Assembly (NCBI GenBank): GCA_038243585.1
Contig: JBBSQY010000002.1
Location: forward strand, 64,001-128,000
Direction of reading: 5' to 3'
Length of the DNA: 64,000 nt
DNA from: Candidatus Sumerlaeales bacterium
GTDB taxonomy: Bacteria > Sumerlaeota > Sumerlaeia > Sumerlaeales > Sumerlaeaceae
The notes under the pieces are model-generated. The model was not told where the DNA came from. It did not search any database and saw only the letters and a list, made by a program, of their open reading frames with translations. This document shows, one piece after another, positions 18,930 through 30,078 of the stretch (position 1 is its first letter; each line of letters begins with the position of its first letter). The position numbers and the translations under genes are program-made.

Positions 18930-21254
18930 ATGGCTTCACTTAGCCGTTCTGTACTTGCGATTCTAACTGCAGTCCTTCCCCTCATCAGCCTGTTTCCGTT
19001 CATTTCTCTGACGCTCTATGACCCATTCTACATGACCACTAAGGATGGACACGGTGCCACGCTGATAATGGCGTGCGCTTTGGGCGTTGGATTTGCGGGC
19101 GCAATGGCGCTGCGAGGCTATCGCCGCGTTATGTGGATGCTGTTTCTGGCGGCTTGCTTCGCTGCCTGGAGCCAGGGCCACCTGTTGCGAAAAGACTGGG
19201 GCATCTGGACTTCCAAAGGTTCGGTCATGCTTACCGCTGCATACGCGATGAACACTTTGGCCCTGTTGGCGATCCCCTTAGTCGTATATGCGCGCAGGGC
19301 CGGTGTTCGCGTGGAACAACTGGTCGCTGTGGGGCTCCAGTCGGTTTTACTGGTGCAGGTAATTATGATCGGGGGGCCGTGGCTCATTGCCCTGGTCGGG
19401 AACAGCAGCGGCCTCTATTGGGGAATTCCGTTTCGGGGTGCGGCATTGCCGGTCATTGACGCCCTGGGCGTTCGAGATTCAGTTCCTCGGGCTCTTGGGG
19501 TGGTGGCCAGTCCAAACGAGGCGGGAGCCGTACTGCTCCTTGCCTGGCCCGCTCTCCTGATCAACTGGTCTTCTCGAGCAAAGAAATCAGCACTGGTTAT
19601 GCGCGGCATCGTCGTCCTGGCAGTTATGGCCACTTTACTGACGACCTTCACGCGCGGAGCCTATATTGGCCTGCTTTTCCAGATTATGCTCCTGTTATTT
19701 GTCGCCCGGCGCCGGGAGCGGGATTCCGCTGTTGGGTACAGTGCCGCGGCGGTCGCTGCGATGCTCGTGTTAAGCCTGGTTATGCTGGGGATGGCGTCTG
19801 AGGCATTTCGTACGCGTTGGTTGTCCCTGTTGATGCCCACCGACGCATCCATTCTAAACCGCGTCAAGGTATTCGGATCCGCTGCCATGTTGTTGCTGGA
19901 GCGGCCTTTTTGCGGTTGGGGAGTGGGATCGTTTAACACCTTATATAATGTATTCTATAGCATTCCATCGGTCGGATACAGCTATGCCGACGCGCACAGC
20001 GGAATCTTGCAGGGTCTGCTCAACACGGGCATCGCGGGATGGGCGCTCTTTATTTTTGCCGTGTTCGGGATGCGACCCTGGCGAACTTTAAAAATCGTTC
20101 CTCTGTGGGTGTTGGTGTCGTTGATCGGAGTTCTCGTTCCCATGCTAAGCGATAATCTATTAACGCGCAGATTGTCCATGTCCGTGCCGCTTTGTCTCCT
20201 GTTAGGGGTTTGCTGCTTATACGCTTCGCGCTTCGAGACGAATCGCCGCGCCCGATCGCGCTACGGCTACGGCGCGGCCGTCGTGCTTGCCGGTTTGTGG
20301 GTTGGTGGATTTGGCGTTCGCCCTATGGGACCGGTAGATCGTCTGGCTGTTGTTGTCAAGGCCGCCGCGGCGCGCGCCCGTGCAGACGTATCGCTTGCGG
20401 TGCGAAACATGAGCACGGGCGAGTCCTGGGGGCAACATGAAAGCCGCCCGCACGCCAGTCAGCTTGCCACCCTCGCGGTCATTGCGAAAACCGGCCAGTC
20501 TATGCCGGATGCGCCGCTGTATATATCCGATTACCGCGTGTCACCAGTTGGGCCGTCAAGCCTTGGCTTTTCTTTGCCGGCGGCAGACTGGCTGGCCATG
20601 GCGCTCAGCGATCCGGCGCACCGCTCGGTCGATGCTGTACTTCAATCTCTACCTGCCACATCTCTGACGGAAACTGGTAAAGAACTTTTTGGTCAGGACA
20701 CCACCGCAACAGCCTCGTTGCCACAGCCCTGTGTGACTTGTGGGATGGATTTTGGCAAGGCGGACGCGGCTCAGGTAGAAAGTCCACTGGCGCAACGGAT
20801 GACTACGGCGACCGCGTCTGGACTTATTGATGCGTTTGCGCAAATAACCGAAACCTCAACGGAGCCTGGTCAACTGGCTGCGGCGGCCATGGCGGCGAGT
20901 CCGGACCACGTCGGTCTGACGAGGTACCTGACCCGTGGACCGTGGCTGCTCCATTGCAGCGCGGATACGGGGAATACCCGGGAAGAGGTGCTGATCGTGG
21001 ATAAAGGGCTCACAAACAGGTGGGGCGTAGTAATGCTCTATTCATCGCATCTGCCGGGTCGCACGAGAGTTGACTCCGTACCAAGCCGGATGTTTGGCGA
21101 TGTCGGCTGGCGGCTGTATTGCTATTTTGATGTTCTGCCGCCTCTCGCGACGCCCACTTTGCCAGTGCCGCACGAGCATAGCTTTTCCAAACACGACGGC
21201 CCATGGTTCTGGAAGCATTTATGGACTGTCGACGAGATCAACTCGGGGAGTTAA
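18930..21254 (+). CDS. O-antigen ligase (Wzy_C) family membrane protein fused to a degenerate serine beta-lactamase-like domain
   Basis: SPNEAG, TFTRGAYIG, RPFCGWGVGSF, DAHS motifs; soluble C-terminal ~310 aa with a class A beta-lactamase-like pattern. Confidence 0.75.
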   Translation: MASLSRSVLAILTAVLPLISLFPFISLTLYDPFYMTTKDGHGATLIMACALGVGFAGAMALRGYRRVMWMLFLAACFAAWSQGHLLRKDWGIWTSKGSVMLTAAYAMNTLALLAIPLVVYARRAGVRVEQLVAVGLQSVLLVQVIMIGGPWLIALVGNSSGLYWGIPFRGAALPVIDALGVRDSVPRALGVVASPNEAGAVLLLAWPALLINWSSRAKKSALVMRGIVVLAVMATLLTTFTRGAYIGLLFQIMLLLFVARRRERDSAVGYSAAAVAAMLVLSLVMLGMASEAFRTRWLSLLMPTDASILNRVKVFGSAAMLLLERPFCGWGVGSFNTLYNVFYSIPSVGYSYADAHSGILQGLLNTGIAGWALFIFAVFGMRPWRTLKIVPLWVLVSLIGVLVPMLSDNLLTRRLSMSVPLCLLLGVCCLYASRFETNRRARSRYGYGAAVVLAGLWVGGFGVRPMGPVDRLAVVVKAAAARARADVSLAVRNMSTGESWGQHESRPHASQLATLAVIAKTGQSMPDAPLYISDYRVSPVGPSSLGFSLPAADWLAMALSDPAHRSVDAVLQSLPATSLTETGKELFGQDTTATASLPQPCVTCGMDFGKADAAQVESPLAQRMTTATASGLIDAFAQITETSTEPGQLAAAAMAASPDHVGLTRYLTRGPWLLHCSADTGNTREEVLIVDKGLTNRWGVVMLYSSHLPGRTRVDSVPSRMFGDVGWRLYCYFDVLPPLATPTLPVPHEHSFSKHDGPWFWKHLWTVDEINSGS

Positions 21255-21297
21255 GCCGCTTGGCTCTATCGTGGAATTGGGCTTAACTTTGTTTTAC

Positions 21298-21780
21298 TTA
21301 GGGCAGGGGGGCAGCGGCTCGGTTTATGTCTGCGTAGGCGCCGATGGCATCGGGTTTGAAGACGAGGCGTTTACCTATGGGGGAGTTCACTTCTTTAAAA
21401 ATGGCGCGGCCGCTTAAGGTGCTGTTTGGCTTAATGACGGCAGGCTGTGGCATATCGATAATGGTGGTGGATTTTGAGTAAGGAGTAACCTGGCGATTTT
21501 CCTGGGAAATGACAGCGAAGCTTTCTTTTTGAACCGCGAGATCGGTTGTGCCCAGATTATGGATGCTGAAATCAATATAAGGCCCGGCGCTTTGAGCGCT
21601 AAGAACGTAGGGAGCAGCGGCGACCGCAGGGGCTGAGGCGGGAGGAGCGGTCATCGGAGCACCTGCGGGGACTGGGGCAGGGCTCGGTTTGTTGAAAAGG
21701 GTGTTTGCATGGTTATTGCACCCCGTGACGGAGATTACGGTGGCCAATAGTGCAAGCAGTTTGCAGGTGTTGTTTAACAT
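21298..21780 (-). CDS. Hypothetical lipoprotein (Ig-like)
   Basis: Lipobox VTGC, Pro/Ala linker, beta-rich domain. Confidence 0.7.
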   Translation of the reverse strand: MLNNTCKLLALLATVISVTGCNNHANTLFNKPSPAPVPAGAPMTAPPASAPAVAAAPYVLSAQSAGPYIDFSIHNLGTTDLAVQKESFAVISQENRQVTPYSKSTTIIDMPQPAVIKPNSTLSGRAIFKEVNSPIGKRLVFKPDAIGAYADINRAAAPLP

Positions 21781-21926
21781 AATGGTTCGTCCTCAGCAGG
21801 TACGGATTCCAGACATCCAACTTGTCAGCAGGATTCGGAAACTATCTACAGTCATTTTTAGTGTTGCTGGGTAATGATGTGCCTACCCTGCGGGGACGGC
21901 GTCAAATGATTTTTGCGGATCATTTA

Positions 21927-22631
21927 TTAGTGCGAAGTGGGAAGAGCCACCTGGTTAACAGCTATATCTTCCACTATAAGCCCATCGCGAACCTGGATGG
22001 AACGTTTGCAGTAGTTTGCCACTTCCGGCTCGTGGGTGACGATGATCAAGGTGACGCCCTGGTCGTTGAGTTCCCGAAAAAGGGCCATAATTTCCACACT
22101 GGTCTTCGAATCGAGATTTCCGGTGGGTTCATCGGCCAGAATGATAGTGGGATTGGTGACGAGGGCGCGGGCAATAGCGACCCGCTGGCGTTGTCCGCCG
22201 GAGAGTTGATTCGGTTCGTGGTGGCAACGGTCGGCCAGGCTTACCCGGCCAAGGGCGGCCAGGGCTCGGTCTGCCGCGCTGTGGATGCCGCTGTAGAGCA
22301 ATGGTACTTCCACGTTTTCGAGGGCGCTCATGCGAGCCAGGAGGTTGAAACTTTGGAAAACAAACCCAATTTTTTGGTTTCTGATGCGGGCGAGCCGGTT
22401 TGTGCCGAGTTTGCTGACATCTTCGTCGTCCAGAAAATACTGGCCGCCACTGGGGCGGTCCAGGCAACCAAGGATGTTCATCAGCGTGCTCTTGCCGCTG
22501 CCGGAAGTTCCTATAATTGCCACCATTTCACCGGCCTGTATATCAAAGGAGACCCCGGCCAGGGCGTGGACTTCCTGATCGCCCATTTTGTAGGTTTTTG
22601 TAAGGTTCTTTACTTCGATCGCGGCTTTCAT
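21927..22631 (-). CDS. ABC transporter ATP-binding protein (MacB/LolD type)
   Basis: [34 protein letters not shown]. Confidence 0.95.
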   Translation of the reverse strand: MKAAIEVKNLTKTYKMGDQEVHALAGVSFDIQAGEMVAIIGTSGSGKSTLMNILGCLDRPSGGQYFLDDEDVSKLGTNRLARIRNQKIGFVFQSFNLLARMSALENVEVPLLYSGIHSAADRALAALGRVSLADRCHHEPNQLSGGQRQRVAIARALVTNPTIILADEPTGNLDSKTSVEIMALFRELNDQGVTLIIVTHEPEVANYCKRSIQVRDGLIVEDIAVNQVALPTSH

Positions 22632-22642
22632 AGTGGGCTGAG

Positions 22643-24019
22643 TTATCTCCGTCCGCCGCTGGACCCCAGGCGGTAGGCGGCGCTTCGCATGCCTCTGCTC
22701 ATGCCGCCGGAACTGCCAGCGTTGTCTTCGCCTCGTGACCAGCGGCTTTGAATCGAGGAGGGGATCAGAACCTGGTCGCCTTCGCTAAGGCCGGACTTAA
22801 CTTCTGTGTTCAGGCCGTCCGTAATTCCAGGCTCAATTTTTGTCCTTACTCCAGACGTAGAATCGTCGTTTGCCAGCAACACATAATACCCGGTCTTGCC
22901 ATACTGTATGGTTTCATTGGGCAGCACAAGGACATCCTCGCGTCGCTCCGCCTGGATTTCCACGTTGGCGGTCATCTCAGGCTTGAGGATGTCGAGACCG
23001 GCTTCGCCCACTTCCATTTTTACTTCGAAGGTAACGACGTTGCTGTTTGTGACACCTTTGGCCGCGACGCGAACCACTTCGCCGGTAAACCGTTGCCCAG
23101 GAAAGGCATCGGCCGTAATGACCGCCTTTTGTTTTTCCCGAATTTTACCGATGTCTGATTCATCTACGCTGGCGTCGATAAAGAGGCGGCTTAAATCGCT
23201 GAGGGTCATTAGAGTAGTGCCGCCGCCTACGTTGCTGATACCGGAAGCTATTATCTGGCCGATTTGCACGGGGCGGGATGTAATCACACCATTCATGGGA
23301 GCGTATATTTTGGTTTCCTTGAGGCGCTGTTCCACGTTTTCCATGTCAATTTCCGCGCGGGTAACTTCTGTTTTATTGAGGATAATGTCTTGTTTGCGAA
23401 GTTCCACGGTCCGGGGAAGATTTTGCAGTTCAGTGATACGCACCCGGGCCTGCGTGAGCGCACGCTCCGCAGCGCTGGCGTCACTGCGAAGGATATCGAG
23501 CTCTTCGCTACTGACAACGCGTTTGCGGTAAAGGTCCTGAGTTCGTTCGAGGCGGCCCTGAATTTCGCGGTATTTCACCTGGGCTGAGTCTAGCTCGGCA
23601 AGGGCAGTAGAAGTGCCTGTGTCGACATCGGCCTGGGCAATTCTGAGCTGTTGCGTAGCCTGCTCGAGACGGGCGCGGGTCGCCTGGAGCTGCGCCTGGC
23701 GTTGGGCTACATTGCGGAGTTCGTCTACGGGGTCCAGCTGGCACAGCAGATCGCCGGAGGTGATTTTGTCGCTGACGTCAAACGGGAGCCTCGTAATCTG
23801 ACCGCTCGCCTTAGACTTGATCTCTACGTCTAAATTAGACACGACTTTTCCGGTGGTAGATACGCGAAGATCAATGGTTTTGCGTTCGACTAAAATCAAA
23901 CGCGGCTTGTCAGATTGCTGCTCTGCTTCCTGCGTCGCGGCAGCCTGTTTCTGTTGATACCAATATGCCGCCGCTCCACATGCGGCCAGGAGAATAAGGA
24001 ACACCACAAACTTTTTCAA
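22643..24019 (-). CDS. Efflux periplasmic adaptor (MacA/HlyD type)
   Basis: N-terminal anchor, [21 protein letters not shown]. Confidence 0.92.
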   Translation of the reverse strand: MKKFVVFLILLAACGAAAYWYQQKQAAATQEAEQQSDKPRLILVERKTIDLRVSTTGKVVSNLDVEIKSKASGQITRLPFDVSDKITSGDLLCQLDPVDELRNVAQRQAQLQATRARLEQATQQLRIAQADVDTGTSTALAELDSAQVKYREIQGRLERTQDLYRKRVVSSEELDILRSDASAAERALTQARVRITELQNLPRTVELRKQDIILNKTEVTRAEIDMENVEQRLKETKIYAPMNGVITSRPVQIGQIIASGISNVGGGTTLMTLSDLSRLFIDASVDESDIGKIREKQKAVITADAFPGQRFTGEVVRVAAKGVTNSNVVTFEVKMEVGEAGLDILKPEMTANVEIQAERREDVLVLPNETIQYGKTGYYVLLANDDSTSGVRTKIEPGITDGLNTEVKSGLSEGDQVLIPSSIQSRWSRGEDNAGSSGGMSRGMRSAAYRLGSSGGRR

Positions 24020-26058
24020 CCAGCGGGTACTCCACTTTCCGGTGTAATGTGGATTGGCTGGATTCCCCTGCGCTGCAACGCCGTTCCTTCCACACGATAC
24101 AGTTCGAGGTAGGCATTTATGTTTGCAACTTCGGCAACCACTCTATCAAGCTGAGACTGTACAAAGTCGCGCTGCGCCTGGCTAACCTCAATCTGTGTGC
24201 TGCGACCAACGCGGAATTTTTCGGTCTCCGCTTCCAGCTGACGCCTTCTCAGTTCTTCAGTAATCTCTGTAGAGTAAATAAGGCGGCTGGTACGTTCGAT
24301 CTCGAGAATGGCGGTACGAACCTCCACGTCGATGATCTGGCAAAAATTTCGGATCGCCTCTTCTGATAGGGTCTTTTGGAAATTGGCGCGGCGGTGGTTG
24401 GCGTTTGCGGTGCGGTTTTGCAGCGGATAGCTGAACTGCAGGCCGACCTGATAGTTACGGGTGTCGGTTTCCGGAACCCGTTTAAGGGAATCCCATTGTG
24501 TATCGCCAACGCCGGTGAGGCCAAGACCGATGACAAAATCGAGCCGGGGCAAAAGGCCGTTAGTGGTCCGGTGAACTTCAAGTTCGCCGTTTGCCAGATC
24601 AATCTGAGCCTGACGCAGGTCCGGTCTGTAATACCTTGCGAGCCTTACCCGTTCTTCCGGCACAAGCTTTTCCGTGGGGAGAATGGGTTCTTCACTAGGG
24701 AAGATGAGCGACTTCCAGCCGGTGCTCAGATTTTCAGGATTAATAAGGCGTAGAAAAACGAGCTGGCGCTGTTTCAGGTTAGAAATAGCGTTAATAATGT
24801 CGCTGACGCGGCTGGCTTCTTCGGCCTGAGCTGCCAGGGAATCGAGGGGCGCGGAGCGTCCAACCCGCACGAATTCTTCAGTACGTTCGCGCTGTTCACG
24901 GGCAACCTCGAAGGCTTTACGACGAATGTCGAGGGTTTCATAGGCGAGATAGATATCCCAATACGCTTTTTGTACATCAGTAACCAGGTTTATCAGGGTG
25001 TTTTGAAGCTGATAGAGGGAGATGACGAAGTTGTTTTGAGCCGTCCATACGGAGATGAGATTTACATCGCTGCCGGCGCCTCGCAGCAGGTTCTGAGTGA
25101 TGTTCAGGTTAAGATCGTTGCTAAAGAAAGGCTCGGTTCTGTTTGTGTCACTCCGGTTTCCAGAGAAGTTAAGGTTGTAGTTCGTGCCAGCCGGTGTGCG
25201 ACCTTTGAGGGCAACATCGTAATCCAGACCACGGCTCATGGATATATCGTCTACCCGGTTATCCGGCCCTCTGCTGGGTCGTGGTCCGAGGGTTGATCGA
25301 CGACTGGAAGCGACGCCGACTGCGGCTTCAAGAACGGTATCAAATTCCCCTTCCGCGTTTTCAATGCCTGTGTTAGAAATTTCCGGGCGAAGCTGGTCAA
25401 CTCGAAGTGCCTGATTACTCTGGAGGCTCTGGCAAACCGCAAGCAGCAGCGACATTTTGCGTACGTTGCTGCTCTTGGTCAGGCTTTCCAGGTCGCCTAG
25501 GAAATTACCGGCGCGGGGGTTATCATACATATCGCTGAGGCGCATGGTTGAAGTTGATTCTTCGTAGCCGAGGCTTTCGGTAGTGTTTAAAAAGTCGTCG
25601 GACAGCAGGGTTGTCATGTCCATTAGTGTTGAAGTGGTGGTGTCGTAGCCGATGGGGGGCAGACTGAGCAGGCTGTCCTGAAGATCCAGCGTACGATTGC
25701 GCAGGGTGTCGTTAAAGGTCGCAGTGTCGGTTCCAGTGGTCAATCCAGACGTTGTAGACAAGTCCGAATACACCGGCAGTGTTGTTCCCAGGTCCAGGTC
25801 GATGTTGCTGTAGTCGTAGTCCGTTTCAAAATCTATTGACGCAGTAGTAATGTCGGAAGCCAGGCTGGGGATCCGGGGTTTAGACAACTGGGCCAACTGG
25901 TCGCCAGATATAGTAGTCGCAGGGCGAACCTCAAACTTTTGCACTACTTTTGGTTGAGTAGAGACAGCGTTAGAGGCTGCGATCACATAAGCGGAGCAGG
26001 TGGCAGTGGCTACTATGGTAAGTAAGCGAGCAATGGCGGAACAGGAAGCGAATTTCAT
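24016..26058 (-). CDS. TolC family outer-membrane efflux protein with long Thr/Ser/Asp-rich N-terminal extension
   Basis: QNLLRG, VQKAYWD, RPDLRQ, EKFRVGRST; adjacent to the adaptor and ATPase genes. Confidence 0.88.
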   Translation of the reverse strand: MKFASCSAIARLLTIVATATCSAYVIAASNAVSTQPKVVQKFEVRPATTISGDQLAQLSKPRIPSLASDITTASIDFETDYDYSNIDLDLGTTLPVYSDLSTTSGLTTGTDTATFNDTLRNRTLDLQDSLLSLPPIGYDTTTSTLMDMTTLLSDDFLNTTESLGYEESTSTMRLSDMYDNPRAGNFLGDLESLTKSSNVRKMSLLLAVCQSLQSNQALRVDQLRPEISNTGIENAEGEFDTVLEAAVGVASSRRSTLGPRPSRGPDNRVDDISMSRGLDYDVALKGRTPAGTNYNLNFSGNRSDTNRTEPFFSNDLNLNITQNLLRGAGSDVNLISVWTAQNNFVISLYQLQNTLINLVTDVQKAYWDIYLAYETLDIRRKAFEVAREQRERTEEFVRVGRSAPLDSLAAQAEEASRVSDIINAISNLKQRQLVFLRLINPENLSTGWKSLIFPSEEPILPTEKLVPEERVRLARYYRPDLRQAQIDLANGELEVHRTTNGLLPRLDFVIGLGLTGVGDTQWDSLKRVPETDTRNYQVGLQFSYPLQNRTANANHRRANFQKTLSEEAIRNFCQIIDVEVRTAILEIERTSRLIYSTEITEELRRRQLEAETEKFRVGRSTQIEVSQAQRDFVQSQLDRVVAEVANINAYLELYRVEGTALQRRGIQPIHITPESGVPAG

Positions 26059-26194
26059 GGGAAAAGGTGGATCCTCCAGCAGGGTTCCAAGGTTTCATTT
26101 GAGTTTGTGAGAGTGGTTTAGAAACGTTAATGAACGGGATTTGCCGGCGGAAGTATCGCAGGTCAATATTTAGTTCGAAAATTAAGTACCTAAC

Positions 26195-27421
26195 CTATTC
26201 GTACCGCAGCGCATCGATGGGATCCATGGCGGCGGCCTTGCGCGCCGGGTACCAGCCGAAGAATACGCCGACGGCGAAAGAGAAACAGAAGGCCAGCACA
26301 ACGGGCCATACCTGGAAAATGGCGGAGAACGCGCCGTCGAAGTAGTTAGCCATGACGTAGTTGAACAGGAAGATACTGCCGATGCCGAAGGTTATCCCTA
26401 AAATTCCGCCGGTGAGGCTGACGACCACAGCTTCGAGCAGGAACTGAGTCAGAAGATCAAAGGGCCGCGCACCAAGAGCTTTTCTAATTCCGATTTCGCG
26501 GGTGCGTTCCGTCACGGTTACCAGCATGATGTTCATGATGCCGATGCCGCCCACCAGCAGAGATATGCTGGCGACCCCGGCCAGCAGCAGGGTGAACACC
26601 TGGGATACCTCGGCCAGGGAATCCGCGATCTCCTGCAGGTTTCGCACAGTAAAATCGTCACCGCGGCCGGGTTGAATTTTGTGCTGTCGCCGAAGCACGG
26701 CGGAAACGCTTTCGATGGCTTCCTGCATATCGGTGCCATCTTTTACGGTTAAGTAAATGGAATCAATGTTTTCTTTGCCCATAAGCTGATTCATCCCGGT
26801 GTTAAGAGGCACCACAATTTGATCGTCGGGATTGTACCAGCCCTGATCGCCCTTGGTCTTGGTAACGCCAATGACAATAAAGTTTATCCCCTTTACCTTG
26901 ATCTGCTCACCGACAGGATTTAAGTCGCCGAAGAGATCAGCTGCGGTTTTAGAGCCCAGAACAGCAACCTTTGCGGATTGATTAACTTCCGACTCGGTAA
27001 ATGCCCGGCCATATTCGACTACGAAATTTCTAACTTTGAAGTACGTTGGCGCCTCTGCCAGAACAGATACCTGGCTGTTTTTGTTGAGGTATTTTGCCTG
27101 GTATCGGGAAGAAGCCTCCGGGGAAACCATCTCGACCACCGGCACTTGTTCGAGTATGGCGTCGGCATCCTCAAGGGTCAGGTCCTGACGCGCAGCAGAG
27201 CTCACGCCCCCGCCCCATCTGGAGGAAGGCCGAACCATTAGCAGATTGCTCCCCATGCCCTTAACGGATTCTGTCACTTTGGCCTTCGTGCCGGCGCCCA
27301 GGGCCAGCATGGCTATCACGGCCGCCACGCCGATGATAATTCCCAGCATGGTTAAAAACGACCGCAGTTTGTTGGCTGCGATGCTTTTAAAGGCAATTCT
27401 GATGATTGTCCAGATTAACAT
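26195..27421 (-). CDS. ABC transporter permease (MacB-like)
   Basis: RSFLTMLGIIIGV, GGIGIMNIMLVTVTERTREIGIRKALGA, PARKAAAMDPIDALRYE. Confidence 0.95.
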   Translation of the reverse strand: MLIWTIIRIAFKSIAANKLRSFLTMLGIIIGVAAVIAMLALGAGTKAKVTESVKGMGSNLLMVRPSSRWGGGVSSAARQDLTLEDADAILEQVPVVEMVSPEASSRYQAKYLNKNSQVSVLAEAPTYFKVRNFVVEYGRAFTESEVNQSAKVAVLGSKTAADLFGDLNPVGEQIKVKGINFIVIGVTKTKGDQGWYNPDDQIVVPLNTGMNQLMGKENIDSIYLTVKDGTDMQEAIESVSAVLRRQHKIQPGRGDDFTVRNLQEIADSLAEVSQVFTLLLAGVASISLLVGGIGIMNIMLVTVTERTREIGIRKALGARPFDLLTQFLLEAVVVSLTGGILGITFGIGSIFLFNYVMANYFDGAFSAIFQVWPVVLAFCFSFAVGVFFGWYPARKAAAMDPIDALRYE

Positions 27422-27560
27422 GGGGAAGGTCTCATTCCACGGATTATTACGGGATCTTGTTAATAAAATGCAGCAGTTAAAGCGAAAGGAATTCTGATTT
27501 GATCAGCGATGGAAAAAACTGATTGAGTTGACGGTTTCCAGGTTTTCTTTCGGCGCTATT

Positions 27561-29987
27561 ATGTTTTATCGCCGCCCGCTTATTCCATGTATCCTGGCCT
27601 ATGTTGCCGGGCTGTGGCTGGTTCATTGGGTCTATCACTTTTGGCCTGCCGCCGCCTTGTTGTTAGGTGGACTGACAGCGGCTGCATCCATCAGCGTTGC
27701 CGTACGCTCGAAGGATATGAGCTTGTTCTACCTTTTTCTCCTTATGGCGTTAGGGGCGTCGGTTATGGGTGTGCGGGAGCGGAGGGCGTATGTGGCGCAG
27801 GAGGTAGTTACGCAGCTCCAGTCGCCGGCTGCAAAAATTATTTCAGGCAAAGTCAAGGCAATGGCGGAGCTGACCGATACGGAAAGTTCTCGGCTGATAT
27901 TGAGCGACGTCCGGGTTACAAGCGGAAGCGGTTCTGTCGAGCTGCCGGGCCTTGTTTATTTAACGCTGGACGCGGCGGGTATGGCAGGAGGAAAGTTCCC
28001 CGGCGCGGGACAGCGAGTCATTTTTCCCGGACGGATTTTTAAGCCGGGCGCCCTCCATAATTTCTTCGGATATGATCGAACCGCGGCCCTGCGCCATGAA
28101 GGCGTATTTGCTGGCGCAGCCCCGCTGGGGTCAAAAGGAATCGTCAGGATTCAATCGGGGAGCGACGGCGTTTTCGGCCGAATCAGCCGGACGCTGAGCA
28201 ATTTCCGCCGTCTCGTTTCAGAAAACCTGCTTCGGGATATGTGGGACCGAGAAGGGCGGCTGATGGTCGCAATGCTTTTTAACGATATGAGAAACCTTGG
28301 AGATGACGAGAAGGCCATTTTCCGGGACAGCCAGACGTTTCACTTGTTTGCCGTCAGCGGAATGCACGTGGCCATATTGGCATTCGTGCTAAACCTCCTG
28401 TTTCGCGCTCTTCGATTTGGAGTTCGGGCCTCGTGGCTGGGAGTGGCTGTTGTGCTCCTGATTTATTTGTGGATTATTGGCTTTGTGCCTTCGGCCACTC
28501 GCAGCTATCTGATGCTCGTGGCATTCACTGCGGCATATGTGCTGGGGCGGGAAGTCGACGCCCTGACGTCCTTATTTTTTGCGATTGCGGCGGTGGTGGC
28601 TTTTGATCCTGCAGCACCCTGGAAAGCTGGCTTCGTTTTAAGCGTGGCCGGGGTCACAGGTATTATCCTGCTGGCTCCGCTTCTGCTGTTGTGGTTTCCG
28701 TGGCCGGGGGAAAATCGGCATTCCGGGTGGAGACGATGGGCTGCCAATGGGATGAAGCTTTTAATGGCGACAATAGCCGTGTCTATCTTTCTGCTGCCGC
28801 TCCAGGTTTACTATTTCGGCTTCTGGAATGCCGTTTCACCTGTAGCGAATTTGCTGCAGGCGATACTCGCGGAGTTTGTGCTGAGCGCCGGCATATTGAC
28901 GGCGGTCGCAGGACTTGTTTCTGAGGAGGCGGGGGCGCTGGCAGGGCAGTCTGCGTCTGCCATCATGTGGATGATATATGGTATATCTAAAGCTGCTGCG
29001 GAGCTTCCTGAAGGAATGTTTTACTTCCGTCAGATACCGCTTTGGCTGCTAATGGCCTGCTATGGGATATTAATAGGCGGATACTACCTTGTGCATAGGG
29101 ATTCTCCGGAGTTTCGATTAAAGAGCCGTGCCCGCTTCGCCACGCATGCCTGTTGCTGCCTGGGGATGCTGATTGTGTTCCAGCACTGGAGCGATAGCCG
29201 CCAGGACGAGCTGGAAATATGGTCGTTGGACGTGGGGCAGGGGGATGCGACGCTGGTCCGCTTTTCCAATGGGGAAACGCTGCTAATTGATGGCGGCCGA
29301 TCGGATCCGGATATGGGCCGGCTGGTGGTTGTGCCGCAGCTTAGGGGACTAGGTATCTCCAGGCTTGATTATATTGTTGCGACTCATGATGACGACGATC
29401 ACACCGGCGGTCTGGCGGAAGTAATAAGGTCGGTGGGGTGCAAAAACCTGCTGGTTCCAGCTGGACTTGAGGCTAAATCGAAATCCACCAAGGCGATGTT
29501 GAAAGCGGCTAAAGACCGCAACTGCGTTGTGCAAACGGTATCTAGTGGTTACACCGCCCGGGCGGGGGAAGCGCTAATCGAAATTCTCAATCCGCTAAAA
29601 GGAGCGGCCAATACTGGCAACGACAACGAGAATTCCGTAGTTCTACAGGTTAGCCTGGGACAATTTTCTGCTTTGCTGATGGGCGACGCCGGGCTTGCGG
29701 TGGAAGAACGGCTTATTCGGGAACGAAAGCTGAGCCCGGTTACGCTGCTGAAGGCGGGGCACCATGGCAGCAAGACGGCTACAGGAAAAGATTTGCTGGT
29801 CGCGGTGCGCCCAAAGTGCGTGTTAATTTCATGTGGAGCAGGCAACCGGTTTGGACATCCGGCCACCGATGTGATGGCACGACTGGCGCTGGCTGGAGGA
29901 GAGATATTTCGGACGGATGTTGATGGCGCAATCTGCGTCAGCACGAACGGGGACGGGGTTAATGTTAAGCGGGCAGTAGGCTGGTAA
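27561..29987 (+). CDS. comEC: DNA internalization competence protein ComEC/Rec2
   Basis: HLFAVSGMHV competence motif; LDVGQGDA, HxDxDH-like and LKAGHHGS metallo-beta-lactamase motifs. Confidence 0.93.
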   Translation: MFYRRPLIPCILAYVAGLWLVHWVYHFWPAAALLLGGLTAAASISVAVRSKDMSLFYLFLLMALGASVMGVRERRAYVAQEVVTQLQSPAAKIISGKVKAMAELTDTESSRLILSDVRVTSGSGSVELPGLVYLTLDAAGMAGGKFPGAGQRVIFPGRIFKPGALHNFFGYDRTAALRHEGVFAGAAPLGSKGIVRIQSGSDGVFGRISRTLSNFRRLVSENLLRDMWDREGRLMVAMLFNDMRNLGDDEKAIFRDSQTFHLFAVSGMHVAILAFVLNLLFRALRFGVRASWLGVAVVLLIYLWIIGFVPSATRSYLMLVAFTAAYVLGREVDALTSLFFAIAAVVAFDPAAPWKAGFVLSVAGVTGIILLAPLLLLWFPWPGENRHSGWRRWAANGMKLLMATIAVSIFLLPLQVYYFGFWNAVSPVANLLQAILAEFVLSAGILTAVAGLVSEEAGALAGQSASAIMWMIYGISKAAAELPEGMFYFRQIPLWLLMACYGILIGGYYLVHRDSPEFRLKSRARFATHACCCLGMLIVFQHWSDSRQDELEIWSLDVGQGDATLVRFSNGETLLIDGGRSDPDMGRLVVVPQLRGLGISRLDYIVATHDDDDHTGGLAEVIRSVGCKNLLVPAGLEAKSKSTKAMLKAAKDRNCVVQTVSSGYTARAGEALIEILNPLKGAANTGNDNENSVVLQVSLGQFSALLMGDAGLAVEERLIRERKLSPVTLLKAGHHGSKTATGKDLLVAVRPKCVLISCGAGNRFGHPATDVMARLALAGGEIFRTDVDGAICVSTNGDGVNVKRAVGW

Positions 29988-30078
29988 ATCGCGCCGGGCC
30001 ATAGCCGATTAATAATAAAAGGGCTGAGAAACTTTCGTCTCTCAACCCTGCAAAACATGTTCTTGCTAAAAGGTACGA

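Noticed and set aside
21822..22676. 284-aa plus-strand ORF
   Set aside because: Antisense shadow of the ABC ATPase gene.
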